Shown: positions 36,980 through 48,770 of the stretch, piece by piece
Layout: each line of letters starts with the position of its first letter
How positions within the stretch are numbered: position 1 is the stretch's first letter
Assembly: GCA_963813535.1 (NCBI GenBank)
Contig: CAWEZH010000003.1
Location: 160,001-224,000 of the forward strand
From: an uncultured Chloroflexia bacterium
GTDB lineage: Bacteria; Chloroflexota; Limnocylindria; Limnocylindrales; CSP1-4
Length of the DNA: 64,000 bases
Reading direction: 5' to 3'
The notes under the pieces: generated by a model
What the model saw: only the letters and a program-made list of their open reading frames with translations
Told to the model about the DNA's origin: nothing
Database searches by the model: none
Translations under genes and position numbers: made by a program

Positions 36980-37885
36980 ATGACGACGGCAGCGCCCGCC
37001 GCACCGCTACCGGCGCGCGAACCGGCACCCGCGAAAGGGGGCGGTCGTCTGCTGACGGCCGCCCTCATGCTGCCGGCTTCGCTCTGGTATCTGATCCTGC
37101 TGGTCCTGCCGATCGCGATCGTCATCCTGTTCAGCTTCGGTGACCGCAGCCCGACCGGTGGGTACGCCGGCGGCTTCACCCTCCAGAACTACGCCACGAT
37201 CATCCGGAGCCCGGACCCGTTCATCACCAGCATCATGCTGGCGGTCCTCGGCACCGTCCTCTGCCTCGCGGTCGGTCTGCCGCTCGCCTACTACATCGCG
37301 ACGCGTGGCGGGGATCGGAAAGCGCTGTTCATCATCCTGCTCGTCATCCCCTTCTGGACGAGCTTCCTCATCCGGACGTACGCCTGGATCGTGATCCTCG
37401 GACCAGACGGGATCGCCGGATACATCGCAGACGCGACCGGCAACCGGACGTTCCGCATCCTCGGCACCGAGGCGGGTGTGCTCATCGGCCTCGTGTACGG
37501 CTATCTGCCGCTGATGGTGTTCCCGCTCTACGTGACGCTCGAGAGGATCGACCGCACGCTGATCGAGGCCTCCAAGGACCTCGGTGCCGGACGGTTCGCG
37601 TCCTTCCGCCAGATCACCCTACCGATGGCCCTCCCGGGTCTGATCACCGGCAGCATCCTCGTGTTCATCCCGATGATGGGTGAGTACGTGATCCCGGAGA
37701 TCCTCGGCTACGGCCGCGTCTTCACGATCGGGAACTCGCTGGTCCTGCGCTTCTTCGACGCGCGCAATTGGCCGGCCGGGTCAGCGCAGGCAGTCGGGCT
37801 GATCCTCGTCATGTTCATCAGCGTGACGTTCTACGTGTGGTTCACGAACCGCGGTCGGCACGGTCGTGACGTGAGCGTCCTGTGA
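36980..37885 (+). CDS. potB: Polyamine ABC permease
   Basis: IPFWTSFLIRTYAW, EASKDLGA, RNWPAGSA. Confidence 0.9.
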   Translation: MTTAAPAAPLPAREPAPAKGGGRLLTAALMLPASLWYLILLVLPIAIVILFSFGDRSPTGGYAGGFTLQNYATIIRSPDPFITSIMLAVLGTVLCLAVGLPLAYYIATRGGDRKALFIILLVIPFWTSFLIRTYAWIVILGPDGIAGYIADATGNRTFRILGTEAGVLIGLVYGYLPLMVFPLYVTLERIDRTLIEASKDLGAGRFASFRQITLPMALPGLITGSILVFIPMMGEYVIPEILGYGRVFTIGNSLVLRFFDARNWPAGSAQAVGLILVMFISVTFYVWFTNRGRHGRDVSVL

Positions 37886-38835
37886 CGGCTCCATCGGTCT
37901 CCATCCCCGCCCCGCGCACGCTCGGTGGACGGGCTCGCGCGGGCACCGACCGATTCGGCGGGCTCGTCGAGGCGTGGCTCCGTGGCCATACCGCGCTCGT
38001 CTACCTGTTCCTGTACATCCCGATCGTCATCGTCGTGGTGTTCAGCTTCAACGCCACCGAGCGACGGCTGACCGACTGGGACGGGTTCAGCCTGCGCTGG
38101 TACGAGTACGTGCTCAACAACCGCGAGGTCCAGCGCTACCTCGGGAACAGCCTCATCGTGGGCTTCGGGACGGCCGTGGTCGCGACGATCGTCGGGACGA
38201 TGGCGGCGCTGGGCCTCCAGCGAACGCCCAAGTGGTTCCGCTTGCCGTTCGATGCGCTGACCTACGTGAGCGTCATCGTCCCCGAGCTCGTCATCGCCGT
38301 CGCCACGCTCGTCTTCTTCGCCAGCACCATCGGCCGGGACGGCATCCTGACCAATGCCACGGGCGTCGAGATCGGGTTCGGCTTCCACACGATGATCGGG
38401 GCGCTCTCCCTGTTCAACATCAGCCTCGTCCTGTTGCTCGTACGGGCGCGGCTGTCGGGCATGGATCGCACCCACGTCGAGGCGAGCTACGACCTGTACG
38501 GCACGCCCTGGCGCACGTTCTGGCAGATCACGTTCCCGCAGCTGCTGCCGGCCATCGTGGCGGGCTTCCTGCTGTCGTTCACCTTCGCCTTCGACGACTA
38601 CCTGATCTCGACCTTCGTGAACGGTCGGGGCACCTCGACATTGCCGCTCTACGTCTTCGGCCAGATCCGGGTGGGGGTCACACCGTCGACGAACGCCATC
38701 GCCGCCGTGATGCTGCTGATCACGCTCGGCGTCCTCCTGATCGGCCAGTTCTTCCTGTCGCGCAACGCCCGCCGAGCCGGCGCGAAGGGCGGCGGGGTGG
38801 CCGGGATCGTCGCCGAGAACGCCGGCGGCGGTTGA
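37882..38835 (+). CDS. potC: Polyamine ABC permease
   Basis: FLYIPI...FSFN, EASYDL, FDD...TLPLY. Confidence 0.9.
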   Translation: MTAPSVSIPAPRTLGGRARAGTDRFGGLVEAWLRGHTALVYLFLYIPIVIVVVFSFNATERRLTDWDGFSLRWYEYVLNNREVQRYLGNSLIVGFGTAVVATIVGTMAALGLQRTPKWFRLPFDALTYVSVIVPELVIAVATLVFFASTIGRDGILTNATGVEIGFGFHTMIGALSLFNISLVLLLVRARLSGMDRTHVEASYDLYGTPWRTFWQITFPQLLPAIVAGFLLSFTFAFDDYLISTFVNGRGTSTLPLYVFGQIRVGVTPSTNAIAAVMLLITLGVLLIGQFFLSRNARRAGAKGGGVAGIVAENAGGG

Positions 38836-38863
38836 GGGCGGTCTGCCGTGGCGAGCGCCGGGC

Positions 38864-39595
38864 CTAGTCGAGCAGGGTCAGGGCGAACGCCACGCCGAAG
38901 CCCAGCGTCGTCAGCAGTCCGGCCGCGCTGCCGGCGTGCTCGTACGCCTCGGGGACGAGGGTGTCTGCGAGCATCGTGAGGATCGCTCCGCCCGCGAAGC
39001 CCAGGATGAACGCGCGCAGCTCGCCCTGACCGCCGCCCAGGAGCGCCGAGCCGACGAAGGCCGCAGCGGCCGACGCCGCCACCACGACCAGCCACAGCCG
39101 GATGATCCGGCCCGGCGCCCAGCCCCCCGCTCGCAGCCCGACCGTGCCGGCGATCCCCTCAGGCAGGTTCGACAGATAGACGGCGACCAGGAACGCGAAA
39201 CCACCGCCACCCGCCCCGATCGTGAGCCCGAGCACGAGCAATTCGGGGATCCCGTCGAGGGCTGCGCCGAGGACGATCGCCAACCCGGACTCGGGCGATG
39301 CGGGGCCATGCACGCTGCCCATGCCCTTGGCACCCATCCGGTCGATCAGCTCGTTGCCGACGAAGAACGTCGTGGCGCCCAGTGCGAGTCCGGCCGCCAT
39401 CGGCAGCTGGCCGCCGACGGCGACGGCCTCCTCCACCAGCTCGTACGCCACCGAGCTGAAGAGCACGCCCGAGCCGAATGCCATGATCAGACCGAGCGTG
39501 CGACTCGAGACCGGCCGGACGAGGGCGACCACCGCCCCGACGACGAGCGACGAAGCGGCGACGGCGCCCCAGCCGGCCGCGAGCAGGGCGTCCAC
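38864..39595 (-). CDS. ZIP-family metal transporter
   Basis: MAFGSGVL, LDGIPE, SNLPEG, FAGGAILTMLADTLVPEA. Confidence 0.85.
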   Translation of the reverse strand: MDALLAAGWGAVAASSLVVGAVVALVRPVSSRTLGLIMAFGSGVLFSSVAYELVEEAVAVGGQLPMAAGLALGATTFFVGNELIDRMGAKGMGSVHGPASPESGLAIVLGAALDGIPELLVLGLTIGAGGGGFAFLVAVYLSNLPEGIAGTVGLRAGGWAPGRIIRLWLVVVAASAAAAFVGSALLGGGQGELRAFILGFAGGAILTMLADTLVPEAYEHAGSAAGLLTTLGFGVAFALTLLD

Positions 39596-40825
39596 TCAGC
39601 CCGCGGGGATCGCCTCCAGCTCCGGCTCGGGGAGGCCGGCGTCGGCCGCGAGCAGGGCGGCCTTGTCGGTGCGCTCCCAGGGAAGGTCGAGGTCCGGCCG
39701 GCCGAAGTGGCCGTACGCGGCCGTCTGCCGGTACAGCGGCCGGCGCAGGTCCAGCGCGGCGATGATGGACGCCGGGCGCAGGTCGAAATGCCGCTCGACC
39801 AATGCCTGGATGGCGGCGTCGTCGATGCGGCCGGTCCCGAACGAGTCGACGCTGAAGCTGATCGGCCGCGCGATGCCGATGCCATAGGCGACCTCGACCT
39901 CGAACCGATCCGCGAGGCCAGCCGCGACGACGTTCTTGGCCACCCAGCGGGCCGCGTACGCGGCGGACCGGTCGACCTTGGTCGGATCCTTGCCCGAGAA
40001 CGCGCCCCCGCCGTGGCGTGCCATCCCGCCATACGTGTCCACGATGATCTTGCGACCCGTCAGACCTGCGTCACCCATCGGCCCACCGGTGACGAAGCGG
40101 CCGGTCGGGTTGACGTGCATGACCGGGTCCACGTCGCGCAGCTCCCGCGGGATCGACGGCAGGATCACCGACTCGACGATGTCGGAGCGGAGCCGCTCGG
40201 GCCGCGCGTCGGGATCGTGCTGCGCGGACACGACCACGGTCTTGACCCGCACCGGGACGCCGTGCGCGTACTCGACGGTGACCTGGGTCTTGCCATCGGG
40301 GCGCAGGTAGGGCAGCTGCCCCGAGCGGCGGGCCTCGGACAGCCGGCGGGCCATGCGGTGGGCGAGGGCGATCGGCAGCGGCATCAGCTCGGGCGTCTCG
40401 CGACAGGCGAACCCGAACATCATCCCCTGGTCGCCGGCCCCGAGCTCGAACGCCGGCGCGGCGTCATCGCGGACCTCCAGCGCGGCATCGACACCCTGGG
40501 CGATGTCCGGTGACTGGCCCTTGACCGACACGAGCGTCCCGCAGGTCTGGTAGTCGAAGCCGTAGTCGGCCCGGGTGTAGCCGATGTCGCGGACGGTGTC
40601 GCGGACGATCTCCTGGAAGTCGATGTAGGTGTGCGTCGAGATCTCGCCAAGCACGAGGACGAGGCCGGTCGTCGTCGCCGTCTCGCACGCGACACGGGCT
40701 TCCGGATCCTCGCGGATGATGGCGTCCAGGATGGCGTCCGAGATCTGGTCGCACATCTTGTCGGGATGACCCTCGGTCACGGATTCCGAGGTGAACAGGT
40801 ACTGCGCGGCGTCGACGATGCTCAT
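39596..40825 (-). CDS. metK: S-adenosylmethionine synthetase
   Basis: [35 protein letters not shown]. Confidence 0.98.
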   Translation of the reverse strand: MSIVDAAQYLFTSESVTEGHPDKMCDQISDAILDAIIREDPEARVACETATTTGLVLVLGEISTHTYIDFQEIVRDTVRDIGYTRADYGFDYQTCGTLVSVKGQSPDIAQGVDAALEVRDDAAPAFELGAGDQGMMFGFACRETPELMPLPIALAHRMARRLSEARRSGQLPYLRPDGKTQVTVEYAHGVPVRVKTVVVSAQHDPDARPERLRSDIVESVILPSIPRELRDVDPVMHVNPTGRFVTGGPMGDAGLTGRKIIVDTYGGMARHGGGAFSGKDPTKVDRSAAYAARWVAKNVVAAGLADRFEVEVAYGIGIARPISFSVDSFGTGRIDDAAIQALVERHFDLRPASIIAALDLRRPLYRQTAAYGHFGRPDLDLPWERTDKAALLAADAGLPEPELEAIPAG

Positions 40826-40877
40826 CGCGCCGAAGGGTAGCACTCCACCCGGGCCCGTTACCGCGGCGGGGTCGGCG

Positions 40878-42465
40878 TCAGGCCCCGGTGCGCACGGCCT
40901 CGAGGTCCAGCTCCACCTCGATGCGACGGAGCGTCTCGTCATTGATGACGCCGTCGTCGCGGAGCTGGATCACCGCCTCACGTTGGACGAGCAGGACCGC
41001 GGTCCGGATCGCCCGATGATCCAGCGCCTCCTGCGCGGCTTCGTCGATGGTCACATGCTCGCCCGGCGAGACGTGGGTCACCTCATGCTCGAGCTCGTCG
41101 CGGATCTGGTCGATGAGCGGCAGGTGATCGGGGTATTCGGCGCGCAGCTCCTCGAGACGGGCCAACCCTGCATCGGCCGCGGCGAGCCGAGCATGGGTCT
41201 CCTCGGACTCGAGGCCATCGTCGGACGACCGTACGCCGAGCGCGCGGATCAGCCACGGCAGCGTGAGACCCTGGCCGACCAGTGTCGCGACGATCACGCA
41301 GAACGTGAGATACAGGATCAACGGTCGCTGCGGGAAGTCCGCCGCCAGGGCGAGGGCCGCCGCGAGCGACACGACCCCGCGCATCCCTGCCCAGGACACG
41401 ATGAAGACCGCGCGCGCCGGCGGATACGGGTCGCGGGCCCGCAGCTTGGCGCTGAGGAATCGCGGGACATAACTCGCCGGGAAGACCCAGACGATCCGGG
41501 TGACGATGACGACCAGGCTGACCACCACGCCGTACCAGACCAGGACCTCGGGCGGCGTCTCCGACAGGCCGTCGAGGATGGATGGCGAGCTGCAGGCCGA
41601 TGAACAGGAACACGAACGCATTGATCGCCCAGATGACGATCTGCCACGCGCCGCTCCCCAGCAAGCGGGCATCGGGCGACAGGACCCTGGCGGCTCGCCG
41701 TCCGGTGATCAGGCCGGCGACGACCGTGGCCAGCACACCGGACAGCCCGAACCGCTCGGCGGCGAGGTAGGCAGTCGCGGGCGCGATGAGCGTCACGACG
41801 ATCTCCAGCCGTGGATCGCCCGTCCGCTGGAGCAGGGCGGTGATGACCAAGCCGATGACGGCGCCCACCAGGACGCCGCCGATGCCGATGACGGCAAAGT
41901 CGAGCGTCGAGCCGATCAGCGAGAACGTCATGAGCCCCAGCGCAACGGACGACGCCGCGCGGTAGGCGGTGAGCGACGTGGCGTCGTTGACCAGGCTCTC
42001 GCCCTCGAGGATGGTGACGATCCGGCGCGGCACGCCCAGGCGCTGGAAGATCGCGGTCGCGGCGACCGCGTCCGGCGGGGCGACGATGGCGCCCAGCGTC
42101 AAGGCCGCTGCGAGCCCCATGCCCGGGACCATGGCGTTGACCACGACGCCGACGGCGAGCGTCGTGAACAGCACCAGGCCGACGGCCAGGAGCAGGATGG
42201 GCCGCGCATTCGCCTTGAAATCACGGATCGGCGTGAAATAGGCCGCCGCGAACAGGATCGGCGGCAGGAACAACACGAACACGACGTCCGGTGCGAGCTC
42301 GACGCTGGGGAGGTCCGCGACCAGCCCCAGCACCACGCCCGCCGCCAGGAGCAGGATCGGCTCGATGACACGGATGCGTCGGGCGACGTACGACATCGCG
42401 ACGGCCACGGCGAGCATGGCGAGCACGAGTTCGATGGTTTCGAGGGCGTGATCGGTGGGCGGCAC
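40878..42465 (-). CDS. CPA1 Na+/H+ antiporter (NhaP/YjcE-like); +1 frameshift near 41587
   Basis: [20 protein letters not shown] in one frame; [14 protein letters not shown] and TLVGQGLTL in the next. Removing one base gives ...IGLQLPSIL... Confidence 0.85.
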
Positions 42466-42501
42466 GGTCAGATGGGCTCGGAGCGGCCGGGGATCAGGCC
42501 G

Positions 42502-44517
42502 TCAATGGACCGCCACGCCGCGACGACCCTGCCAGGCCTCGATGCCGTGGAGGTCGAGTGGCGGGAGCTCGTCGGCCGGCGTGAACCCGAAGACGGCGCC
42601 GAGGAAGCTGAGCCTCGCCTCGAGCGTCCGTCGTTGGGCGGTCTCGCCCCGGAAGCCATGACCCTCACCCTCGAATGCGAGATAGGCGTAGGGGATCCCG
42701 CGCACGGCGAGCGCCTCGGCAAGGACGTCGGCCTGGGCCGGCGGGACGACCTTGTCATCGAGGCCCTGGAGGATCAACAGCGGGCACGAGATGGCGTCGA
42801 GGTGATGGATCGGCGAACGCTCCCGATAGCGGTCGGCCATGGCGGGATACGGCCCGACCAGTCGCTCCGTGTAATGCGATTCGAACTTGTGGGTGTCCCG
42901 TGCGAGCGACTCGAGATCTCCGACACCGAAGAGGCTGATGCCCGCCGCGAACACGTCGCGGAAGGCCAGCGCGGCCAGCGTCGTGTAGCCGCCGGCGCTG
43001 CCACCTTCTATGGCCGACCGATCACCGTCGACGTCGCCACGATCGACAAGGTAGCGGGCCGCCCCGACGCAATCGTCGACATCCACGACGCCCCATTCGC
43101 CCTCCAGCGCCTGCCGGTACGCACGACCGTAGCCCGTGCTGCCGCCGTAGTCGACGTCCACCACCGCGATGCCCCGTGAGGTCAGGTACTGGACCGTCAG
43201 ATCGAGCGCGTTGGTGCTGTTCGCCGTCGGTCCGCCATGTGACCGGACGAGGAGCGGCGGCAGCTCCCCGTCGGGTGCCACGGCATCGGGATGGACCGGC
43301 CGATAGAAGAGGGCGTGGGCCACCCGACCCCCGGCGGTCGGGAACGTGATGGCCTCCGGGATCGAGACGACCGCCGAGTCGACCGCGACCGATGTCGAGT
43401 GGCGAAGGACGCCGGACGGCGCGAGCGTCGCCGGGTCGAGCACGACGATGGACGGCGGTTCCGTCGAGGTGCCGACGTGGGCGACGATCCCGGGCGGACC
43501 GACCCGGATCGTGCCGATCTCGGTGTAGGGCGACTCGACCTCGCCGATCACCTCGTCCGGCGCGATGTGGAACAGCCGGTCCCGACCGCGCGCCCGGCCG
43601 ACCGCCACGATCGAGCCGTCGGGCAGGAAGCCGTACGAGGAGCGGTCGAACAGCCAGGCCGGATCGGCGAACTCGGCCTCGAGCGGCGATAAGGGCTCGA
43701 GGCGCGGTCCCGGGGCGAGACGGTAGATGTTCCACCAGCCCGTCCGATCGCTGACGAAGTGGAGGATCCCGTCGGGCGACCACTCCGGCTGGGCGATCGA
43801 TTCGTCCAGGCCGCCCGCGGCCAGATCGCTCGGACCGAGGCCGCCATCGTCGGTGAAGGTGGCGACCCGCAGGCGCGTTGCGTCCCACGGCATGTCGGGG
43901 TGATCCCATTCGAGCCAGGCGAGCCGGCGCCCGTCGGGCGATGGCCGCGGAGCGGCGAGGAAATCGGGGCCCTCGTACAGGACTCGCGGCGGACGATCGC
44001 CGTCGAGGGCGATGTCGACGATCGCCGAGCGCGGTTCGCCGCCGTCCGTATGGTCCTCCCGGATGGCCAGGAACCGACGCCGAACCTGGTCGAACCGGAG
44101 GTCGGCGTAGCGAGAGGCGCCCAGCGGGGTGATCGGCTGCGGCGTGTCGTCGCCCGGGTCGAGCCGGTACAGTCGGCCGTCCGCCACGTGCGAGAAGAGC
44201 ACCGTGCCGCCGGCCACCGTGAAGGCGCCACCACCGTACTCGTGTACCCGCGTCCGGACGTCGAATGGCGGCGGGGTGACGTCACGGGTCGTCCCGTCGG
44301 GCGAGTGGTCGAGCAACACGCTCCGGCCGGCCTCGGCGGGCCGACCCTCGATCCAGTAGATCTCGTCCCCGTCGATCCATGGATCGGTCAGCCGGACGGA
44401 ACCGCCGACGATGTCGTCGATCCGGATCGACGATGGCCAGCTGCCGTACGGCAACGTGGCGGGTCCCTCCGCGCGCGGCTCGGGGCCGACCTCCTCGGTG
44501 CCGACCTCCTCGTCCAT
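42502..44517 (-). CDS. S9-family (prolyl oligopeptidase/acyl-peptide hydrolase) peptidase
   Basis: PYGSWPS, HGGPT, GGSAGGY, QGLDDKVV, GEGHGFR. Confidence 0.93.
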   Translation of the reverse strand: MDEEVGTEEVGPEPRAEGPATLPYGSWPSSIRIDDIVGGSVRLTDPWIDGDEIYWIEGRPAEAGRSVLLDHSPDGTTRDVTPPPFDVRTRVHEYGGGAFTVAGGTVLFSHVADGRLYRLDPGDDTPQPITPLGASRYADLRFDQVRRRFLAIREDHTDGGEPRSAIVDIALDGDRPPRVLYEGPDFLAAPRPSPDGRRLAWLEWDHPDMPWDATRLRVATFTDDGGLGPSDLAAGGLDESIAQPEWSPDGILHFVSDRTGWWNIYRLAPGPRLEPLSPLEAEFADPAWLFDRSSYGFLPDGSIVAVGRARGRDRLFHIAPDEVIGEVESPYTEIGTIRVGPPGIVAHVGTSTEPPSIVVLDPATLAPSGVLRHSTSVAVDSAVVSIPEAITFPTAGGRVAHALFYRPVHPDAVAPDGELPPLLVRSHGGPTANSTNALDLTVQYLTSRGIAVVDVDYGGSTGYGRAYRQALEGEWGVVDVDDCVGAARYLVDRGDVDGDRSAIEGGSAGGYTTLAALAFRDVFAAGISLFGVGDLESLARDTHKFESHYTERLVGPYPAMADRYRERSPIHHLDAISCPLLILQGLDDKVVPPAQADVLAEALAVRGIPYAYLAFEGEGHGFRGETAQRRTLEARLSFLGAVFGFTPADELPPLDLHGIEAWQGRRGVAVH

Positions 44518-44559
44518 CGTCGGAACCCTATCGCGTCCGGTCCCGACGCGAGCGAACGT

Positions 44560-45837
44560 TCATGTGCCGTGCTGCCAGGACGAGACGTAGGCCGCCTGCT
44601 CGGGCGTCATCGGCTCGAGCTCGATGCCGAGCGCAGCCAGCTTGAGCCGGGCGACCTCGGCATCGATCGCCTCGGGCACGACGTAGACCATCGGCTCGAG
44701 CTCGGCATGATGCTTCGCGACGTACTCGGCGCACAGCGCCTGGTTGGCGAAGCTCATGTCCATCACGGCCGCCGGATGGCCCTCGGCCGCTCCGAGATTG
44801 ACCAGCCGACCCTCGGCGATGAGGTGCAGCTTCTTGCCACCGAGGTCGAACTCCTGGACGTTGTCGCGGACCTCGCGGACGTGCCCTTCGGCGAGCTCGC
44901 GCAGCGCCGCCAGGTCGAGCTCCGCGTCGAAATGACCCGAGTTGGCCATGACCGCTCCATCCCGCATCGCCTCGAAGTGTTCGCGCCGGAAGACGTTGAG
45001 GTTGCCGGTCGCCGTCACGAACAGCTCACCCCAGCGGGCAGCGTCGGCGTGGGTCATCACCGCGTACCCGTCCATCAGCGCCTCGAGCGCCCGCACCGGG
45101 TCGACCTCGACCACCGCGACGTGCGCTCCATGCCCGGACATCCGGGCGGCGATGCCCTTGCCGACCCAGCCATAGCCGGCGATGACGACCTTCCGACCGG
45201 CGATGAGCATGTTGGTGGCACGGATGATGCCGTCGACCGTCGATTGGCCCGTGCCGTAGCGGTTATCGAAGAGGTGCTTGGTCAGGGCCTCGTTGACGGC
45301 CACGACCGGGAAACCGAGGGCGCCGTCGGCGGCCATCGCCTTGAGGCGGATGACGCCCGTCGTCGTCTCCTCCGTCCCTGCGAGCACCTCCTTGACCTGA
45401 TCCGGCCGGTCGCTGTGCAGCAGCGAAACGAGGTCGCAACCGTCATCCATCGTGATCAGCGGATGTGTGTCCGCGACGGACTTGAGGTGGTCGTAGTAGG
45501 TGTCGCGATCCTCGCCGCGTCGGGCGAACGTGGCGATGCCGTACTCGGCGACCAGCGCGGCGGCCACGTCGTCCTTGGTCGACAAGGGGTTCGATGCAGC
45601 GAGGACGACATCGGCACCGCCGGCCTTGAGTGTTCGCATCAGGTTGGCCGTCTCGGTCGTGACATGCAGGCAGGCCCCGATGCGCAGTCCGTCCAGCGGG
45701 CGGTCGCGCTCGAACCGCTCGCGGATGAGCCGCAGGACCGGCATCTCGCGCTCCGCCCATTCGATGCGACGGACGCCCTCGCCGGCGAGGCCGAGGTCGG
45801 TGACGTCGTGGGCAGGCAGCATCGTCGAGGCGGTCAT
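44560..45837 (-). CDS. ahcY: Adenosylhomocysteinase
   Basis: [48 protein letters not shown]. Confidence 0.97.
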   Translation of the reverse strand: MTASTMLPAHDVTDLGLAGEGVRRIEWAEREMPVLRLIRERFERDRPLDGLRIGACLHVTTETANLMRTLKAGGADVVLAASNPLSTKDDVAAALVAEYGIATFARRGEDRDTYYDHLKSVADTHPLITMDDGCDLVSLLHSDRPDQVKEVLAGTEETTTGVIRLKAMAADGALGFPVVAVNEALTKHLFDNRYGTGQSTVDGIIRATNMLIAGRKVVIAGYGWVGKGIAARMSGHGAHVAVVEVDPVRALEALMDGYAVMTHADAARWGELFVTATGNLNVFRREHFEAMRDGAVMANSGHFDAELDLAALRELAEGHVREVRDNVQEFDLGGKKLHLIAEGRLVNLGAAEGHPAAVMDMSFANQALCAEYVAKHHAELEPMVYVVPEAIDAEVARLKLAALGIELEPMTPEQAAYVSSWQHGT

Positions 45838-46700
45838 CGGCGGTCGGTCTCCTTGCGGGCGAACAGGCGGCGCAGCGGCGCCGTGATGTCGGCCCAGGGC
45901 GGGCCGAGACGGTGGATCAGGCGCTCCTCGAAGCGGGCATGCTCGCTGTACCCGAGGTGGCGGTAGGCGTTGATGGCCGGCGGGTTGTCGGCGCGGACGT
46001 TGAGCACGACCTGGTCGCAGGTGCGCAGCAACTCGGCGGTCACGGCGCCGGTCACGGCGGTGGCGAAGCCGCGTCCGCGATAGTCCATGTGGGTCAACAC
46101 GTTGCCCACCACCGCCAGGCGTGCGGTCGGGCTGACGACGTGCGTGCCGGCAGCAGCCACGAGGCGTCCGTTGACCCGCATCCCGAAGTAGACGCCGTCG
46201 GCGATCGCCGTCGATGGCAGCCACGACGCGAACCCGAGCTGGTACAGCCGGTTGAGCTCCCCGATCTCGACCGGGAGCAATCGCTGGACGGTCGCTGGAT
46301 ACGGCTTGAAGCGTGCACGGTCGACCCACATGCGGACCATCTGTGGCCCCGGATCGACGCGGTACTGCGTCTCGATCGCGGGCAGCATCTCTTGGCGGGC
46401 GGCGATGTACGCCGCTCGAGGTCGGATCACGTCGCGTAACACGGCGGCGATGCCGTCGGTGCTGCCCATCACGAACACCGGCTGTGGCGTCGGGCCCGTG
46501 TACTCGAGGCCGACCGCGACCAACGCATCGCCGTCGTACGCAGCGGCCCAGCGCGTGCGGGCGAACTCGCGATCCTCCAGATCGCAGAGCGCGTAGGCAG
46601 CGTACAGGCGGTCCTGGCCGAGGAAGGCACGGAGGAGGTCGCGCTCGGTCGTCTGCCGGGCGACCGTCACCGAGCGACGGCCGATGGCCACCGTGGCCAT
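45834..46700 (-). CDS. GNAT-family N-acetyltransferase (FR47-like C-domain)
   Basis: [35 protein letters not shown]; overlaps both neighbours. Confidence 0.88.
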   Translation of the reverse strand: MATVAIGRRSVTVARQTTERDLLRAFLGQDRLYAAYALCDLEDREFARTRWAAAYDGDALVAVGLEYTGPTPQPVFVMGSTDGIAAVLRDVIRPRAAYIAARQEMLPAIETQYRVDPGPQMVRMWVDRARFKPYPATVQRLLPVEIGELNRLYQLGFASWLPSTAIADGVYFGMRVNGRLVAAAGTHVVSPTARLAVVGNVLTHMDYRGRGFATAVTGAVTAELLRTCDQVVLNVRADNPPAINAYRHLGYSEHARFEERLIHRLGPPWADITAPLRRLFARKETDRR

Positions 46701-48067
46701 CAGTCGGGCCGTCCGGCCAGGGCGGCGAACCCGGGAGCTGCGGAGCGACGGAGCTGGCGTGCTGCCACGGCCTCTGCTAACGACGTCTCGTATGGCGGGC
46801 GGAGCACGCCCTCGTCCGTGACGATCCCCGAGATCAGCTCGGCGGGCGTCACGTCGAAGGCGGGGTTGCGCACGTCGGTGTCCGGCGGTGCCAGGCGCAC
46901 GCCGCGGATCATGAGCACCTCGTCGGCCGAGCGTTCCTCGATCGGGATGTCGGCGCCCGTGGCTGTCCCGAGGTCGATCGAACTGACCGGCGCAGCGACG
47001 AGGAAGGGGATCCCGTGACGTGCGGCGAGCACGGCCAGCGGATAGGTCCCGATCTTGTTGGCGGTGTCGCCATCGGCGGCGATCCGGTCCGCACCGACGA
47101 TCACGGCGTCGACCTCGCCGCGGGCCATCAGGTGGCCGGCCGCCACGTCGGGGATGAGGGTGTGCGGCACGCCCGCCTGGGCGAGCTCCCATGCCGTCAG
47201 CCGGGCGCCCTGCAAGTAGGGCCGCGTCTCGTCGACCCAGACGTGGATCGGGCGACCGGCATGGTAGGCAGCCTGGACGACACCAAGCGCCGTGCCGAAC
47301 TGGCCGCACGCGAGCGGACCGGTGTTGCAGTGGGTCAGGATGCGGAGCGGGCCGTCCTCCGGGAAGTCGAGCGCCTCCAGCCCGAACGACGCGAGCCGGC
47401 CGTGATCCTCGGTCGCCTCGAAGACGATCGCGTCGGCCTCGGCACGCACCGCCGCGGCGATCGCATCACCGTCCTCCGACAGCTCCCCGACCGCCTCGTA
47501 GGCGGCCATCACCCGATCGACCGCCCAGCCCAGATTGACCGCGGTGGGCCGCGAGCTGCGCAGGACGTTGGCGGCGCCACGGAACGTGGCGCGGCGGGCG
47601 TAGGGTCGGGTGCCGGCGTTGGCCTTGGCTGTCAGGGCCATGCCCAGGGCCGCGACCTGGCCGATGGCCGGTGCGCCGCGGACGATCATCTCGCGGATCG
47701 CATAGCCGACCTGGGCCGCGGACTTCGCCTCGAACTCCTCGAGGACGTCCGGCAGCTTGCGCTGGTCGACGATATAGAGGACGCCCGGACCCTCGCGGAA
47801 GGGCGTGCGGAAGCCGCTCGGCGCCGCGGGCGGAACGACGCGGTCGGCCTGGGTGTACGACGACGGGTCGAGGATCGCACTGGCCGCATCGGCGGAGGCT
47901 CGCTGGATCGCCTGGGCCGCCCCGACGACCGTGGCGGCGCTGTGGACGACGTCCCCCGCGAACTGACGGAAAAATCGTCGACGCCCAAGGTCGGCACCAC
48001 CGTCCGTGGCCGATGGGGTCGGGTCGGTGGCGGGGGTGTCGGGGTCGGTGTGCGGCGTGTCAGTCAA
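46700..48067 (-). CDS. mtnA: Methylthioribose-1-phosphate isomerase with N-terminal extension
   Basis: [47 protein letters not shown]...[14 protein letters not shown]. Confidence 0.95.
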   Translation of the reverse strand: MTDTPHTDPDTPATDPTPSATDGGADLGRRRFFRQFAGDVVHSAATVVGAAQAIQRASADAASAILDPSSYTQADRVVPPAAPSGFRTPFREGPGVLYIVDQRKLPDVLEEFEAKSAAQVGYAIREMIVRGAPAIGQVAALGMALTAKANAGTRPYARRATFRGAANVLRSSRPTAVNLGWAVDRVMAAYEAVGELSEDGDAIAAAVRAEADAIVFEATEDHGRLASFGLEALDFPEDGPLRILTHCNTGPLACGQFGTALGVVQAAYHAGRPIHVWVDETRPYLQGARLTAWELAQAGVPHTLIPDVAAGHLMARGEVDAVIVGADRIAADGDTANKIGTYPLAVLAARHGIPFLVAAPVSSIDLGTATGADIPIEERSADEVLMIRGVRLAPPDTDVRNPAFDVTPAELISGIVTDEGVLRPPYETSLAEAVAARQLRRSAAPGFAALAGRPD

Positions 48068-48092
48068 TGGCGCGACGGGCCGATGCGCCCGC

Positions 48093-48614
48093 TCAGTACT
48101 TGATGACGCTGGTCACGCGCCGACCATCGAGCCGCTCGCGACCCTTGAGGAACTCCAGCTCGACGAGGAAGGCCAACCCGATGACCTCGCCCTTGAGCCG
48201 CTCGATGAGCTCGATCGTGCCCTTCACGGTCCCACCGGTAGCCAGCAGGTCGTCGACGATGAGGACCTTCTGGCCGGGCTGGATCGCGTCGCGGTGGATC
48301 TCGAGGGTGTTGGAGCCGTACTCGAGCGCGTACTCGACGGTGATCGTCTCGGCGGGCAGCTTTCCGAGCTTGCGGACCGGGACCAGGCCGGCATCCAGCT
48401 GGTATGCCATCGGGGCACTGAAGATGAACCCACGCGACTCCATGCCGACCACCGCGTCGACCTGCTCGTCCTGGTAGGGCTCGAGCATGAGGTCGATCGC
48501 CTCCTTGTAGGCGGCCGGGTCCTTGAGCAGGGTCGTGATGTCATAGAAGAGGATGCCCGGCTTGGGGAAGTCCGGGATCTCGCGGATCTTCTCGCGCAAT
48601 GCCTCAGCGGACAT
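48093..48614 (-). CDS. apt: Adenine phosphoribosyltransferase
   Basis: IPDFPKPGILFYDIT, ESRGF, LEYG, VDDLLATGGT. Confidence 0.97.
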   Translation of the reverse strand: MSAEALREKIREIPDFPKPGILFYDITTLLKDPAAYKEAIDLMLEPYQDEQVDAVVGMESRGFIFSAPMAYQLDAGLVPVRKLGKLPAETITVEYALEYGSNTLEIHRDAIQPGQKVLIVDDLLATGGTVKGTIELIERLKGEVIGLAFLVELEFLKGRERLDGRRVTSVIKY

Positions 48615-48770
48615 CGGGATTCGGGCCCTCCATCGGGTGGCTGGACTGATCGGCGGACGTGCCGTCACCGGGCGGGCGCGGGGCCGGCCGAAAGTCTACC
48701 GCAGGCGCGACTCCGCTCCAGGGGGCGTGCATCCGAGACGTCGGCGGTCCGCTCCTGGGCGGGCTCGTGG

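Noticed and set aside
40826-40877. Expected SAM or SAH riboswitch before metK or ahcY
   Set aside because: metK looks leaderless and ahcY overlaps the upstream GNAT; no aptamer motifs were seen.
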